Source: Oceanispirochaeta sp. (GTDB lineage: Bacteria > Spirochaetota > Spirochaetia > DSM-2461). From it: a stretch of DNA of 64,000 nt. The stretch is taken from assembly GCA_963663385.2 (NCBI GenBank), contig CAXXXD010000003.1:1184001-1248000 (forward strand). Direction: 5' to 3'. This document shows, piece by piece, positions 18,892-28,069 of this stretch (positions are counted from its first letter, which is position 1; each line of letters begins with the position of its first letter). Below the pieces are notes generated by a model, which did no database searches, was not told the origin of the DNA, and worked only from the letters and a program-made list of their open reading frames with translations. The translations under genes were made by a program, and so were the position numbers.

Positions 18892-19809
18892 ATGGAACGT
18901 ATTCAATCGGCCGCTATAATAGGCGCCGGTGCACTGGGTATCCTTTATGGGGAAGCTCTGAAACTGGAGCTGAAAGACAACCTTTACTATCTGGCGGATG
19001 ATGAACGGTATGAAAGAATCCGTAACGGGGATTTTATTATCAATAATATTCCTGAAAAATTTAATGTTAAACATGCGGGAGAACTGGAAAGTTTCCCCGA
19101 TCTGGTCATTATAGCAGTGAAAAATCATCACCTTGAACAAGTTCTGGGGATTATGAATAAGTGTATAAAAAAAGATACAGTTGTTCTCTCTGTTTTAAAT
19201 GGGATAGAGAGTGAACAGTTTCTTGAAGAGAATTTTCCGGAAGCCCATGTTTTATATTCTGTCGCTGTTGGTATGGATGCTGTCCGCAATTCCAATACAC
19301 TGACCTATTCAAGTAAGGGGAAACTGTTAATCGGATCAAAGGATAATGACAGGAATAACAGACAGCTTCTGATGGTAGAGAAACTTCTTGATTACTGCCA
19401 TATACACTATGAAATCCCTGAGGATATTCACCGCTCATTATGGTGGAAATGGATGATCAATATAGGTGTGAATCAGGTTTCAGCTGTTACGGGAGCAAAC
19501 TATGGGGTATTTCAGAACAATAAAGAGACCCAGGCATTAATGGAAGCCGCAATGGAGGAAACAATAAAAGTTGCCAAGAAGTGCGGAGTCGATTTAAGAG
19601 ATGAGGATATTGAAAACTGGTATCCCATTTTAAACGGTCTCGGACCGACCGGTAAAACATCCATGCTCCAGGATATGGAAGCCTGCCGGAAAACCGAAGC
19701 TCCCTGGTTCAGTGGAAAATTGATATCCCTGGCAAAAGAACATGGGGTAGAAGTTCCGGTTAACGAAGTTCTTTATAAGATTATTCTGGCAAAAGAATCC
19801 ATGTTCTGA
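18892..19809 (+). CDS. panE: Ketopantoate reductase family protein
   Basis: GAGALG, LNGI, WWKWMIN, KTSMLQD...KTE. Confidence 0.88.
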   Translation: MERIQSAAIIGAGALGILYGEALKLELKDNLYYLADDERYERIRNGDFIINNIPEKFNVKHAGELESFPDLVIIAVKNHHLEQVLGIMNKCIKKDTVVLSVLNGIESEQFLEENFPEAHVLYSVAVGMDAVRNSNTLTYSSKGKLLIGSKDNDRNNRQLLMVEKLLDYCHIHYEIPEDIHRSLWWKWMINIGVNQVSAVTGANYGVFQNNKETQALMEAAMEETIKVAKKCGVDLRDEDIENWYPILNGLGPTGKTSMLQDMEACRKTEAPWFSGKLISLAKEHGVEVPVNEVLYKIILAKESMF

Positions 19810-19825
19810 ATATATAATGGCCGAG

Positions 19826-19857
19826 AAGGGGCTGACCTCCATGGAGGTCAGCCCCTT
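19826..19857. terminator. Perfect 32-bp palindrome, likely bidirectional terminator
   Basis: AAGGGGCTGACCTCCATGGAGGTCAGCCCCTT. Confidence 0.75.
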
Positions 19858-19869
19858 GCTTATAAATAA

Positions 19870-20049
19870 CTATTTGACAAATATATTTCGAATACTGAGT
19901 AACAGAAATCCCAGTTTCTCCAATATATGCTTCTGATTTTTTCTTGCCTCTGGATAGTGATTATACCGGGCTATACGGTTCAGTTTCCTATCCAGTTCCT
20001 CTCTCCTGTTACGCATAATCTTTTCGTATGCGTATTCATTTTCAAACAT
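19870..20049 (-). CDS. Small basic hypothetical protein (59 aa, below the ORF-track cutoff)
   Basis: MFENEYAYEKIMRNRREELDRKLNRIARYNHYPEARKNQKHILEKLGFLLLSIRNIFVK; AAAGAGAG upstream; palindrome 12 nt after the stop. Confidence 0.6.
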   Translation of the reverse strand: MFENEYAYEKIMRNRREELDRKLNRIARYNHYPEARKNQKHILEKLGFLLLSIRNIFVK

Positions 20050-20104
20050 AATTAACTCTCTTTAACGGTTCGATCATGCAACAGGGGGGCAGAATATCCG
20101 GCTG

Positions 20105-20185
20105 CTAGAACCCCTGTTCCTTCAAGTCATTAAACTGTGGGGAGTTTTTATCCCTGTCTGTATAAATCCTTTTTACTGCTATCAT
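20105..20185 (-). CDS. Candidate leader peptide / sORF (26 aa)
   Basis: SD GAGGAG 9 nt upstream; MIAVKRIYTDRDKNSPQFNDLKEQGF; stop lies inside an AACAGGGG...CCCCTGTT stem. Confidence 0.35.
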   Translation of the reverse strand: MIAVKRIYTDRDKNSPQFNDLKEQGF

Positions 20186-20279
20186 CTCATATGGCTCCTC
20201 TGTGTCTGTTTCCGGACCAGCTGGTCCTCAGTTGAATTGATGTAATACTTAATTACGGTATTACCGGCCGGTTGTAAAT

Positions 20280-20314
20280 TTTTTTCTGGAAATGCGCGCC
20301 AATTCCAGAAAAAA
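20280..20314. terminator. T/A-flanked hairpin
   Basis: TTTTTTCTGGAA-ATGCGCGCCAA-TTCCAGAAAAAA. Confidence 0.45.
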
Positions 20315-20319
20315 GGGCT

Positions 20320-20349
20320 AAAAAAAATCCCCGGAAATATTCCGGGGAT
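20320..20349 (-). terminator. Intrinsic terminator
   Basis: Minus strand ATCCCCGGAA-TAT-TTCCGGGGAT followed by a T-tract. Confidence 0.8.
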
Positions 20350-20370
20350 CTAATATCTGCAAATTAAATA

Positions 20371-20445
20371 TCATGCAGTACAAACCGGACCGGAATTTAT
20401 TTCTATGAATCTATAATCTGAAAGAATAATTACTTTAACCATCAT
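20371..20445 (-). CDS. Candidate small peptide (24 aa)
   Basis: SD TAAGGAG; MMVKVIILSDYRFIEINSGPVCTA; strong terminator ~20 nt downstream. Confidence 0.45.
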   Translation of the reverse strand: MMVKVIILSDYRFIEINSGPVCTA

Positions 20446-20541
20446 ATCAATTCCGCTCCTTATGTAATTTTAAGTTATTTAAACATGAGTAATAATATTA
20501 ATCAATCGTTTTATTAAGATATTTTGATTAATACTGCAATC

Positions 20542-22848
20542 TTATGGTTTAACAATTTCTGAACTATTTGGTTTTACTGTTATTTCTCTTGAAAAAACAC
20601 TAAGTGAAACTGGAAAATCACCATTATTGTATATATGAACCTCGCTTTTCCTGACTTCAATCTCAAGTACTGAATCCATATGATCTATATGGAATGAGTA
20701 GGATTTCCAGCTGGCAGGCAGAACCGGAGATAAGGAAAGTCTGGTCTCCTTGTACTTCATTCCTCCAAAGCCGATTACTATTGCCATCCATGTTCCAGCC
20801 ATACTCGTAATATGACAGCCATCTTCCGTATCATTATTGTAATCATCCAGATCCAGTCTGGCTGTCCTCAAATACATCTCGTATGCCTTTTCATTATAGC
20901 CCAGCCTGGAAGCCAGAATAGAATGGACGCAGGAGGAAAGGGACGACTCATGAACTGTTTTGGGTTCATAGTAATCAAAGTTTTTCTTAAGGGTTTCCCT
21001 GTCATACCGGTCTTCAAAAAAGAACAATCCCTGCAGAACATCGGCCTGTTTAATAAAGCATGAACGCAGAATCCTGTCCCATGACCAGTTTTGATTCAGG
21101 GGCCTGTCTGCCTCCCTTAGATCAGATACAGTTAAATCTTCCTTATCCAGATAACCATCCTGTTGAAGAAAAATACCAGAGGAGGATTCTACAGGGTAGT
21201 ACATTTCACTGCTAACCCTGTCAAACTCAGCCATCTGTTCTCTGGAAAGGGATGTTTTATCGATTATACGCTGATAATCAGATGGGAAGTCCTTTTCAAC
21301 AATTCCAAGCGCTTCACGGGTATATTTCATACACCAGGAGGCGATAGTGTTGGTATACCAGTTATTATTGACATTATTCTCATATTCATTAGGTCCGGTA
21401 ACACCCAGTATGACATATTTATTTCTGTATTTTGAAAAGGTGGCTCTCTGAACCCAGAAACGGGCTATCCCTATTAATACTTCAAGACCATATTCTGCCA
21501 GATACGCCCGGTCTCCCGTACAGTTGATGTAGTTGTAAATGGCATAAGCAATTGCGCCGTTGCGGTGTATCTCTTCAAATGTAATTTCCCATTCATTGTG
21601 ACACTCCTCTCCATTCATTGTAACCATGGGGTAGAGGGCAGCTCCGTTTTTAAAACCAAGCTTTCCGGCATTTTCTATGGCACGATCCAGGTGTTTATAC
21701 CGGTAGATAAGAAGATTTCGGGCAATTGAGGAATCAGCTGTACCAAGGTAGAAGGGAAGACAGTACGCTTCTGTGTCCCAGTATGTACTGCCCCCGTATT
21801 TTTCGCCTGTGAAGCCCTTTGGTCCTATATTCAGTCTTTCATCTGTTCCCGTATAGGTCTGAATCATCTGAAATATATTAAAGCGGATTCCCTGCTGAGC
21901 GGATACATCCCCTTCGATTCTAAGATCGCTGTGTTCCCATTTTTTTGCCCATGCATCCCTGTGTTCCTGCAGCAGGCTGGTAAAACCGGCTTCCACAGCA
22001 GAATTAAGCCTGAGTTCTCCTTCTGAAGCAAGTTTGTCTCTGCCGTAATCTCTGGAGGTAAGACAGCTGACATATTTTTCTATGCGCAGGGATTCACCTT
22101 TCTTCAGATCCAGTTTAAAACTATGGGAGGCGAAACCTTCCCTGCTGAATCCCTGCAGGGGTTCAGTAACAGGATTATCGTTGATAAATAACCTATGTGC
22201 GGCCTGTACGGTATTGGTAAAATCCGTTTTTTTTGTAGTCATGGATACACAGAGTTTATCCCCGATTGCACTGTGTATATGGGGCATCCAGAACATCTCC
22301 TGGTAGTTGGCATCTTCATTTTTTACATTTCCATTCAGGGATGAAGAAATACTGAGACTGACATCCTGATTCAGGCACTTGATTTCAAACACCATTACAC
22401 CATTCTCGGGTCTGGCAAGGCTTGTGAAGCGTTGTGCATCAGATACAATCTCTGCACCTGATGCCATATTAACGGCAAATGATCTTTTTAAAAGTCCCTG
22501 CTTCATATCAAGGTCCCGTCTGAACTCCCTGATCTCAGTTTTGTTCAGATCCAGAACTTCGTCATCTATGCGTATATCAAGACTAATCCAGTCGGTTGAA
22601 TTCAAAACTTTTGCAAAGTATTCGGGATACCCGTTTTTCCACCAGCCAACTATGGTTTTATCGGGGTAGTAAACTCCTGCCATATAACTTCCCCGCAGGG
22701 AAGCTCCCGAATAAGTCTCTTCAAAATTTCCCCTCTGTCCCATATGGCCGTTTCCGATACTGAAGATACTCTCACTGACCTTATTAAATTCAGGATGGAA
22801 TCCTTCTTCAATGATATGCCATGGATCCTGTTTTAGATACTTCTTCAT
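20542..22848 (-). CDS. GH65 maltose phosphorylase
   Basis: GWWKNGYP, GPKGFTGEKYGGSTYWDTE, GPNEYENNVNNN, WSWDRILRS..IKQADV, HESSLS. Confidence 0.93.
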   Translation of the reverse strand: MKKYLKQDPWHIIEEGFHPEFNKVSESIFSIGNGHMGQRGNFEETYSGASLRGSYMAGVYYPDKTIVGWWKNGYPEYFAKVLNSTDWISLDIRIDDEVLDLNKTEIREFRRDLDMKQGLLKRSFAVNMASGAEIVSDAQRFTSLARPENGVMVFEIKCLNQDVSLSISSSLNGNVKNEDANYQEMFWMPHIHSAIGDKLCVSMTTKKTDFTNTVQAAHRLFINDNPVTEPLQGFSREGFASHSFKLDLKKGESLRIEKYVSCLTSRDYGRDKLASEGELRLNSAVEAGFTSLLQEHRDAWAKKWEHSDLRIEGDVSAQQGIRFNIFQMIQTYTGTDERLNIGPKGFTGEKYGGSTYWDTEAYCLPFYLGTADSSIARNLLIYRYKHLDRAIENAGKLGFKNGAALYPMVTMNGEECHNEWEITFEEIHRNGAIAYAIYNYINCTGDRAYLAEYGLEVLIGIARFWVQRATFSKYRNKYVILGVTGPNEYENNVNNNWYTNTIASWCMKYTREALGIVEKDFPSDYQRIIDKTSLSREQMAEFDRVSSEMYYPVESSSGIFLQQDGYLDKEDLTVSDLREADRPLNQNWSWDRILRSCFIKQADVLQGLFFFEDRYDRETLKKNFDYYEPKTVHESSLSSCVHSILASRLGYNEKAYEMYLRTARLDLDDYNNDTEDGCHITSMAGTWMAIVIGFGGMKYKETRLSLSPVLPASWKSYSFHIDHMDSVLEIEVRKSEVHIYNNGDFPVSLSVFSREITVKPNSSEIVKP

Positions 22849-23489
22849 TATAAATCTCCCAGATCAGACAGTTTCAGATCTTTCATTGATGGAAAAACCA
22901 TATGGGCACCGCCCAGTATTTCCGGACTCCCAATGCCAACAGCTTTCATTCCCGCTTTCAGTGCTGCTTCGACTCCCGCTTTGGCATCTTCAAATACAAC
23001 ACACTCTTCGGCTGCCAGTTCCAGTTTTTCAGCTCCCTTTATAAATACTTCAGGATCGGGTTTTGCCCTGGAAACACTGTTTCCGTCCACAATAGCATCC
23101 AGGTATTGCGCCAATCCGGTTTTTTCAAGGATTGTTACGGCATTTTTGCTTGCTGACCCGAGTGATGTTTTAATACCAGCCATCTTGATTTCCTGAAGGA
23201 ATTCAAGGGCTCCTGGCAGGATTTCACTCTCATCCATTTGGGAGATATATTCTATATACCAGTTGTTTTTTCTGTCGGTCATTTCGATCTGTTCTTTCCG
23301 GCTGAGTTTCAGATTTCCCATTTCAGCCAGTATTTCCATACACCTCATACGGGAAACTCCCTTGAAAAGTTCATTCTCCTTCTCGGAAAAGGGGATATGC
23401 AGCTCATCAGCCAATTTTTTCCATGCCAGAAAGTGATATTTTGCCGTATCAACCAGAACGCCGTCCAGATCAAAGATTATTCCTTTCAT
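22848..23489 (-). CDS. pgmB: Beta-phosphoglucomutase
   Basis: FDLDGVLVDTAKYH, GSASKNA, KPDPEVF, FEDA; start/stop overlap with the GH65 gene. Confidence 0.95.
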   Translation of the reverse strand: MKGIIFDLDGVLVDTAKYHFLAWKKLADELHIPFSEKENELFKGVSRMRCMEILAEMGNLKLSRKEQIEMTDRKNNWYIEYISQMDESEILPGALEFLQEIKMAGIKTSLGSASKNAVTILEKTGLAQYLDAIVDGNSVSRAKPDPEVFIKGAEKLELAAEECVVFEDAKAGVEAALKAGMKAVGIGSPEILGGAHMVFPSMKDLKLSDLGDL

Positions 23490-23524
23490 ATATTAATACC
23501 TCGTTATTCTCTATTCACACTCTT

Positions 23525-23542
23525 AGTGCAAGCGTTTGCACT
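23525..23542. promoter_or_regulatory. LacI-family operator for pgmB and maltose phosphorylase
   Basis: Near-palindrome AGTGCAAGCGTTTGCACT between a minus-strand TTGACT (23575-23580) and the pgmB start. Confidence 0.7.
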
Positions 23543-23659
23543 TCTAGTAATTATTAGCATTGAACATGTGATCAAGTCAAGAAGAAAGACACGGCTAAAC
23601 TAGTGGGAAATAACTGTTTCTTTTTGTTTTTTTGAATATAATGGGTGATTGAGGTTTAA

Positions 23660-24934
23660 ATGAATTTGATTACAAAGCTGCTAAATCCCTACAGAGGGAT
23701 GAGAAAAGAGATATATATTATTGCACTGTCTAAGACCATAAATGCCATGGGAGCTTTAATTCATCCGTTTATGACCCTTCTTTTAAGCAGGAAGATAGGC
23801 CTGTCAGGGGCTGAAACAGGTTTCTATGTCTCCCTGACTGGTATTATATATGGGCCGGCCAGTCTGCTGGGCGGTAAACTGTCTGATCAGTTCGGCAGAA
23901 AGAAAATCCTGATCATTTTTGAAAGCATAGCCGCTTTGGGTTATCTGCTCTGTACGGGTCTCCAGCCTTCCATGACAATGGTATACCTGATTATGCTGAA
24001 CTCCTTCTGCTTTGGTATAGCCGGTCCTTCTCATGATGCCATGACCGCAGATTTAACCAGATCGGAGCAGCGGGAGGGAGCGTATTCCCTGAACTATCTG
24101 GGATTTAATTTTGGCTTTGCCATCGCACAGGTAATTGCGGGATACCTGTTTGAGAACTATTTCCACCTGATGTTTCTGATTGATGGTATAACGGCTGTCT
24201 GTGGCATTCTGATGATATTTTTTCTCATACCTGAGACAATAAATATTTCACATAATGAAGAATCACAGATAAGCGATAGATTGGAGACTGGAGAGACTAA
24301 ATCAATTCTCAGAGTTCTAATGGAGCGTCCCGTACTGCCGGTTTTTGCTCTTGTCGCCTTTGGATACCGTTTTGTTTATTCCTGCTGGCCTTTTCTGATT
24401 CCCCTGCATGCAGAAGGATGCTTTCCGGGAGAAGGGGCTGCTCTGTTCGGCCTTCTGGGCAGCTTCAATGCTGTCACTGTGGTTGTAATGACTCCCGTGT
24501 TAACTTCGATTTTTCACAAAAAAAGTCATTTAAGGCGTATCTTTTACGGAGGTATCCTGTTTACCATAGGATTCGGTTTACTGGGCTTTATTGATACAAG
24601 AACGGCATTTTTTACATCTACCCTGATCTTTACTCTCGGCGAGATACTGGAAGCAGTCAGTCTGATGCCATTCATTATGAGTATGACCCCTTCGACCCAT
24701 CGGGGAAGAATGAGTGCGGTACTTCCCATAATCATGGGGTCCGGGTACGCTCTTGGTCCCATGATTATGGGACCGGTGCTGGATCATTCAGGATTTAAAG
24801 CAACATGGCATACGGCCACATTGGTCATAGTATGCGCCACAGCAGGAATGAAACTGATTGACCTTTTTCAGGAATCCCGACTTAAAAAGAGAGAGATAGA
24901 AGCAGAAGAAATCAACAACGATCCAGTCTGTTAA
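23660..24934 (+). CDS. MFS transporter
   Basis: About 12 TMs; motif A GGKLSDQFGRKK. Confidence 0.92.
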   Translation: MNLITKLLNPYRGMRKEIYIIALSKTINAMGALIHPFMTLLLSRKIGLSGAETGFYVSLTGIIYGPASLLGGKLSDQFGRKKILIIFESIAALGYLLCTGLQPSMTMVYLIMLNSFCFGIAGPSHDAMTADLTRSEQREGAYSLNYLGFNFGFAIAQVIAGYLFENYFHLMFLIDGITAVCGILMIFFLIPETINISHNEESQISDRLETGETKSILRVLMERPVLPVFALVAFGYRFVYSCWPFLIPLHAEGCFPGEGAALFGLLGSFNAVTVVVMTPVLTSIFHKKSHLRRIFYGGILFTIGFGLLGFIDTRTAFFTSTLIFTLGEILEAVSLMPFIMSMTPSTHRGRMSAVLPIIMGSGYALGPMIMGPVLDHSGFKATWHTATLVIVCATAGMKLIDLFQESRLKKREIEAEEINNDPVC

Positions 24935-25838
24935 TTGTTTTATAACAGAGAGTCCCTTCAAAAGTTTCAATTTCACAGAACTGTTTCTGATAACTGGATG
25001 AGATCTCTGCATATACATCCTTTGTAAGGGAGATATACCCGGGTTCGGCTCTCTGTTTTTCCAGATGTGCTGCCAGGTTGATCACTTCAGATACAATTTT
25101 TCCGGTATCATTGTGAAATACAAGTTTTCCCGTATTGATTCCTATTCTCAGTTCCAGGTCATCCTCAATAGGGTTGAGGGGATCGAGATTGAACATCGCC
25201 AGAGTTCTCTGAACTTCAAAAGCAAACATGACAGCCCTGTCAATCTGTTTCTTAAAAGCGAATGCCAGAATACCTCCATCTCCCGCCCAGTTCCAAATTC
25301 TGCCGTTATAGGTAGAAAGATGCTGTTTCAGGAATTTCCAGAGGTTAGTATAAACCTTCTTCATTACTTTGGCGCCGTGTTTTTTTACCAGCTCCGAATT
25401 TGAGACAATATCCAGGCTCAATACGGTAACCGCATATTTTTTACCATCCTTCAATGCCCCCCAATTGGGCAGTTCCGAAGGATCTTCCTTTAGAGGAATA
25501 ACTTTTCTTTTCTGAAAATCATAAACATAATCATTCAGAGTCAGCTGCTGAAGAAAGTAATCAAGACCATCAATACTGAGAGTTCTTCCAAGTATCATAT
25601 TATTATCCAATTCTGCTATCAGTTTGATCAGTTCTTCGGTTTTCTTTTTCTGCTCCATATAATCTACAAGAACAGTCGCGGATAAGCGGGGAGCAATTGT
25701 TACATTGGAAGGTTTTCCCGAGAGTTTGTTCAGATCAAATCCTTTAGACAGCATCCTGCCGATTTCATCTATCTCTTTGGTTTTAATATTTACAGAAATG
25801 GTTTCAATCAATAGATTCTTTAATGATGGATCCAACAT
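24912..25838 (-). CDS. Class III nucleotidyl cyclase with N-terminal helical domain
   Basis: LDIVSNS, WAGDG, LRIGINTG, VINLAAHLE. Confidence 0.85.
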   Translation of the reverse strand: MLDPSLKNLLIETISVNIKTKEIDEIGRMLSKGFDLNKLSGKPSNVTIAPRLSATVLVDYMEQKKKTEELIKLIAELDNNMILGRTLSIDGLDYFLQQLTLNDYVYDFQKRKVIPLKEDPSELPNWGALKDGKKYAVTVLSLDIVSNSELVKKHGAKVMKKVYTNLWKFLKQHLSTYNGRIWNWAGDGGILAFAFKKQIDRAVMFAFEVQRTLAMFNLDPLNPIEDDLELRIGINTGKLVFHNDTGKIVSEVINLAAHLEKQRAEPGYISLTKDVYAEISSSYQKQFCEIETFEGTLCYKTINRLDRC

Positions 25839-26022
25839 GCAAAACTCCAGTGAAAAATAAAAATCATTATATGAGAATACTAGTGCTTAAACAAGCAATA
25901 GTTACTTGACGGGACAGCAATTAAACAATTGTTGTCTTTTAGTGCCAGGATAAAACCTCCATTGACATCACTTTATTTTATCGTCAAATTTCAGGGATCA
26001 GTAAAATTAAATGGAGAAAGTC

Positions 26023-26559
26023 ATGTCACCATCCTATATTCAGATCTATACAGGCAATGGAAAGGGGAAAACAACAGCAGTCCTTGGTTTAACCATAAGA
26101 GCTTTGGGAGCCGGAAAATCCGTTTTTATTGGACAATTCCTTAAGAATCGTGAGTACAGTGAAATAAAAATGCTTTCCAGAATTGAGGATATACTGGATT
26201 CGGAACAGCTCCTTCATGTAGAGCAATTCGGAATAGACCGCTGTATTGGCCAGAACCCTCGACCTGAGGATGTAAAAGCAGCTCAACAGGGCTGGGACAG
26301 GATACTTGCTGCAACCCGTTCCGGAGAATATGACATTGTTATTATGGATGAGATAAATATAGCTATTCACCTTAAACTTATCGATAAAAAGGCTGTAACA
26401 GATTTGATGGAAAAGAAACCCGAGAGTGTTGAACTCATCCTGACAGGGCGTTACGCAGACAAGGAAATAATGAAGAAAGCCGATCTTGTCAGTGAGGTTC
26501 AGGATGTAAAACACTACTATTCCAAAGGGATTAAAGCCCGTGCCGGAATAGAATGTTAA
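26023..26559 (+). CDS. cobO: Cob(I)alamin adenosyltransferase (CobO/BtuR)
   Basis: YTGNGKGKTTA, QFLK, DEIN, ILTGR, ARAGIE; start behind SD GGAG. Confidence 0.9.
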   Translation: MSPSYIQIYTGNGKGKTTAVLGLTIRALGAGKSVFIGQFLKNREYSEIKMLSRIEDILDSEQLLHVEQFGIDRCIGQNPRPEDVKAAQQGWDRILAATRSGEYDIVIMDEINIAIHLKLIDKKAVTDLMEKKPESVELILTGRYADKEIMKKADLVSEVQDVKHYYSKGIKARAGIEC

Positions 26560-26560
26560 C

Positions 26561-28021
26561 TTACTCCTCCAAAGCCGATTTGTAGACTTCAAGGTATTTA
26601 TCGGCGGATGGTCCCCATGAGAAATCCTGATTCATGGCAAGCTGCCGCATCTGACTGATCACTTCAGGCTTCTCATACCAGAAGGAACAAGCCCGTTTCA
26701 GCGATTTCAGCAGGGCGGAGCCGGATATTTCATCAAAAAGGAAACCGGTTCCGTTTTCGTTATTCTCATCGGATTCCCTGACAGTGTCCGCTAATCCCCC
26801 TGTACGTCTTACAATAGGTATGGTCCCGTATTTCAAAGAATAGAGCTGGTTCAAACCACAGGGTTCATAACGGCTGGGCATCATAAAAAAATCCGAACCT
26901 GCTTCTATCAGATGGGAGAGATAATCATTATATGTAATTCTGACAGCCAGATTAGGAAGCTTTTCCGCTAACCGAAGCAGTTCGATTTCGCACCATTCTT
27001 CTCCTGTCCCGAGGATCACAACCTGCACTTTATTATTCCGGCAGAAATCTTCCAGGATACCTGAATCGGGACCGCAAAGCTCCGGGATCCCCTTTTGAAA
27101 AACGAGACGACTAACCATGGAAAATACAGGTACATCACTGGATTCCTGTAGACCCATCTCCTTTTGCAGCAGCTTTTTAACATGCTTCTTTTCCCCGATA
27201 GTAGATTCTGTATAGTTATACGGTCTGATATATTCATCCGTTTCAGGATTCCAGTCGTTATAATCCACTCCGTTGACTATTCCAATAAGATGATCCTTTC
27301 GTTTTTCAAGTTCAGCATCCAACCCATAACCGTATTCCTCAGTTTGAATCTCCCTGGCATAAGTAGGGGAGACTGTTGTTATGCTGTTACAGTTGGCTAT
27401 CCCGGCTTTCAGATAGTTCATCATACTGTTTTCCCTGAATCCAAACCGGCTTACATCATCTTCCGTAAGACCGGTCCATGGGAGTTCCCTCAAAGAGAAT
27501 AATCCCTGGTAGCCAATATTATGTATGGTAAAAACAGAACCGGATCTTTTCCTACTCTTCTGTTTTCTGAGAAATACAGGATTTAATCCTGTTGGCCAGT
27601 CATGGCTATGATAGATATCAGGTTCCCATCCTATCAGGTCATTCAGGCAGAGTGCCGCCTGGCAGAGAAGACCATACCGTATGCCGTTATCAGGGTAAGC
27701 CGCAGAAGCAGTAGGTCCATATATGCCCTCCCTGTCAAAATATTTCCTGCTGCAAAGAAAATATACGGGGACCGTTGAATCCGGTAATTCTGATTTGTAA
27801 AGGGATGTCTTTTCTGTATGATTATCAAAATAGACCCTGAAATCATCGGAAACCAAGGTAAGGGACGTTTTATCAATGAATCCGTATAGGGGCATCAGTA
27901 TGCGGACATCCGTATTCTTCCGACTCAGGGCAATGGATAAGGCGCTTACCATATCTGCCAGTCCACCTGATTTGGCAAAGGGGACGGTTTCGCTTGTAAT
28001 CATCAGGACATTATAGGACAT
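26561..28021 (-). CDS. glgA: Glycogen synthase
   Basis: KSGGLADM, HDW, SRLVFQKG, PSRYEPCGLNQ. Confidence 0.95.
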   Translation of the reverse strand: MSYNVLMITSETVPFAKSGGLADMVSALSIALSRKNTDVRILMPLYGFIDKTSLTLVSDDFRVYFDNHTEKTSLYKSELPDSTVPVYFLCSRKYFDREGIYGPTASAAYPDNGIRYGLLCQAALCLNDLIGWEPDIYHSHDWPTGLNPVFLRKQKSRKRSGSVFTIHNIGYQGLFSLRELPWTGLTEDDVSRFGFRENSMMNYLKAGIANCNSITTVSPTYAREIQTEEYGYGLDAELEKRKDHLIGIVNGVDYNDWNPETDEYIRPYNYTESTIGEKKHVKKLLQKEMGLQESSDVPVFSMVSRLVFQKGIPELCGPDSGILEDFCRNNKVQVVILGTGEEWCEIELLRLAEKLPNLAVRITYNDYLSHLIEAGSDFFMMPSRYEPCGLNQLYSLKYGTIPIVRRTGGLADTVRESDENNENGTGFLFDEISGSALLKSLKRACSFWYEKPEVISQMRQLAMNQDFSWGPSADKYLEVYKSALEE

Positions 28022-28069
28022 GGCTTACTTCCTTATTCTGAGTCTACCAATAAATTAACATCTAACGGC

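Noticed and set aside
24912..25838. Pycsar/CBASS anti-phage system
   Set aside because: No adjacent cNMP-binding, TIR or TM effector gene; the neighbours are an MFS transporter and cobO.
25839..26022. Cobalamin riboswitch upstream of the orphan cobO
   Set aside because: No B12-box or conserved core recognisable; only a short hairpin and -35-like boxes.
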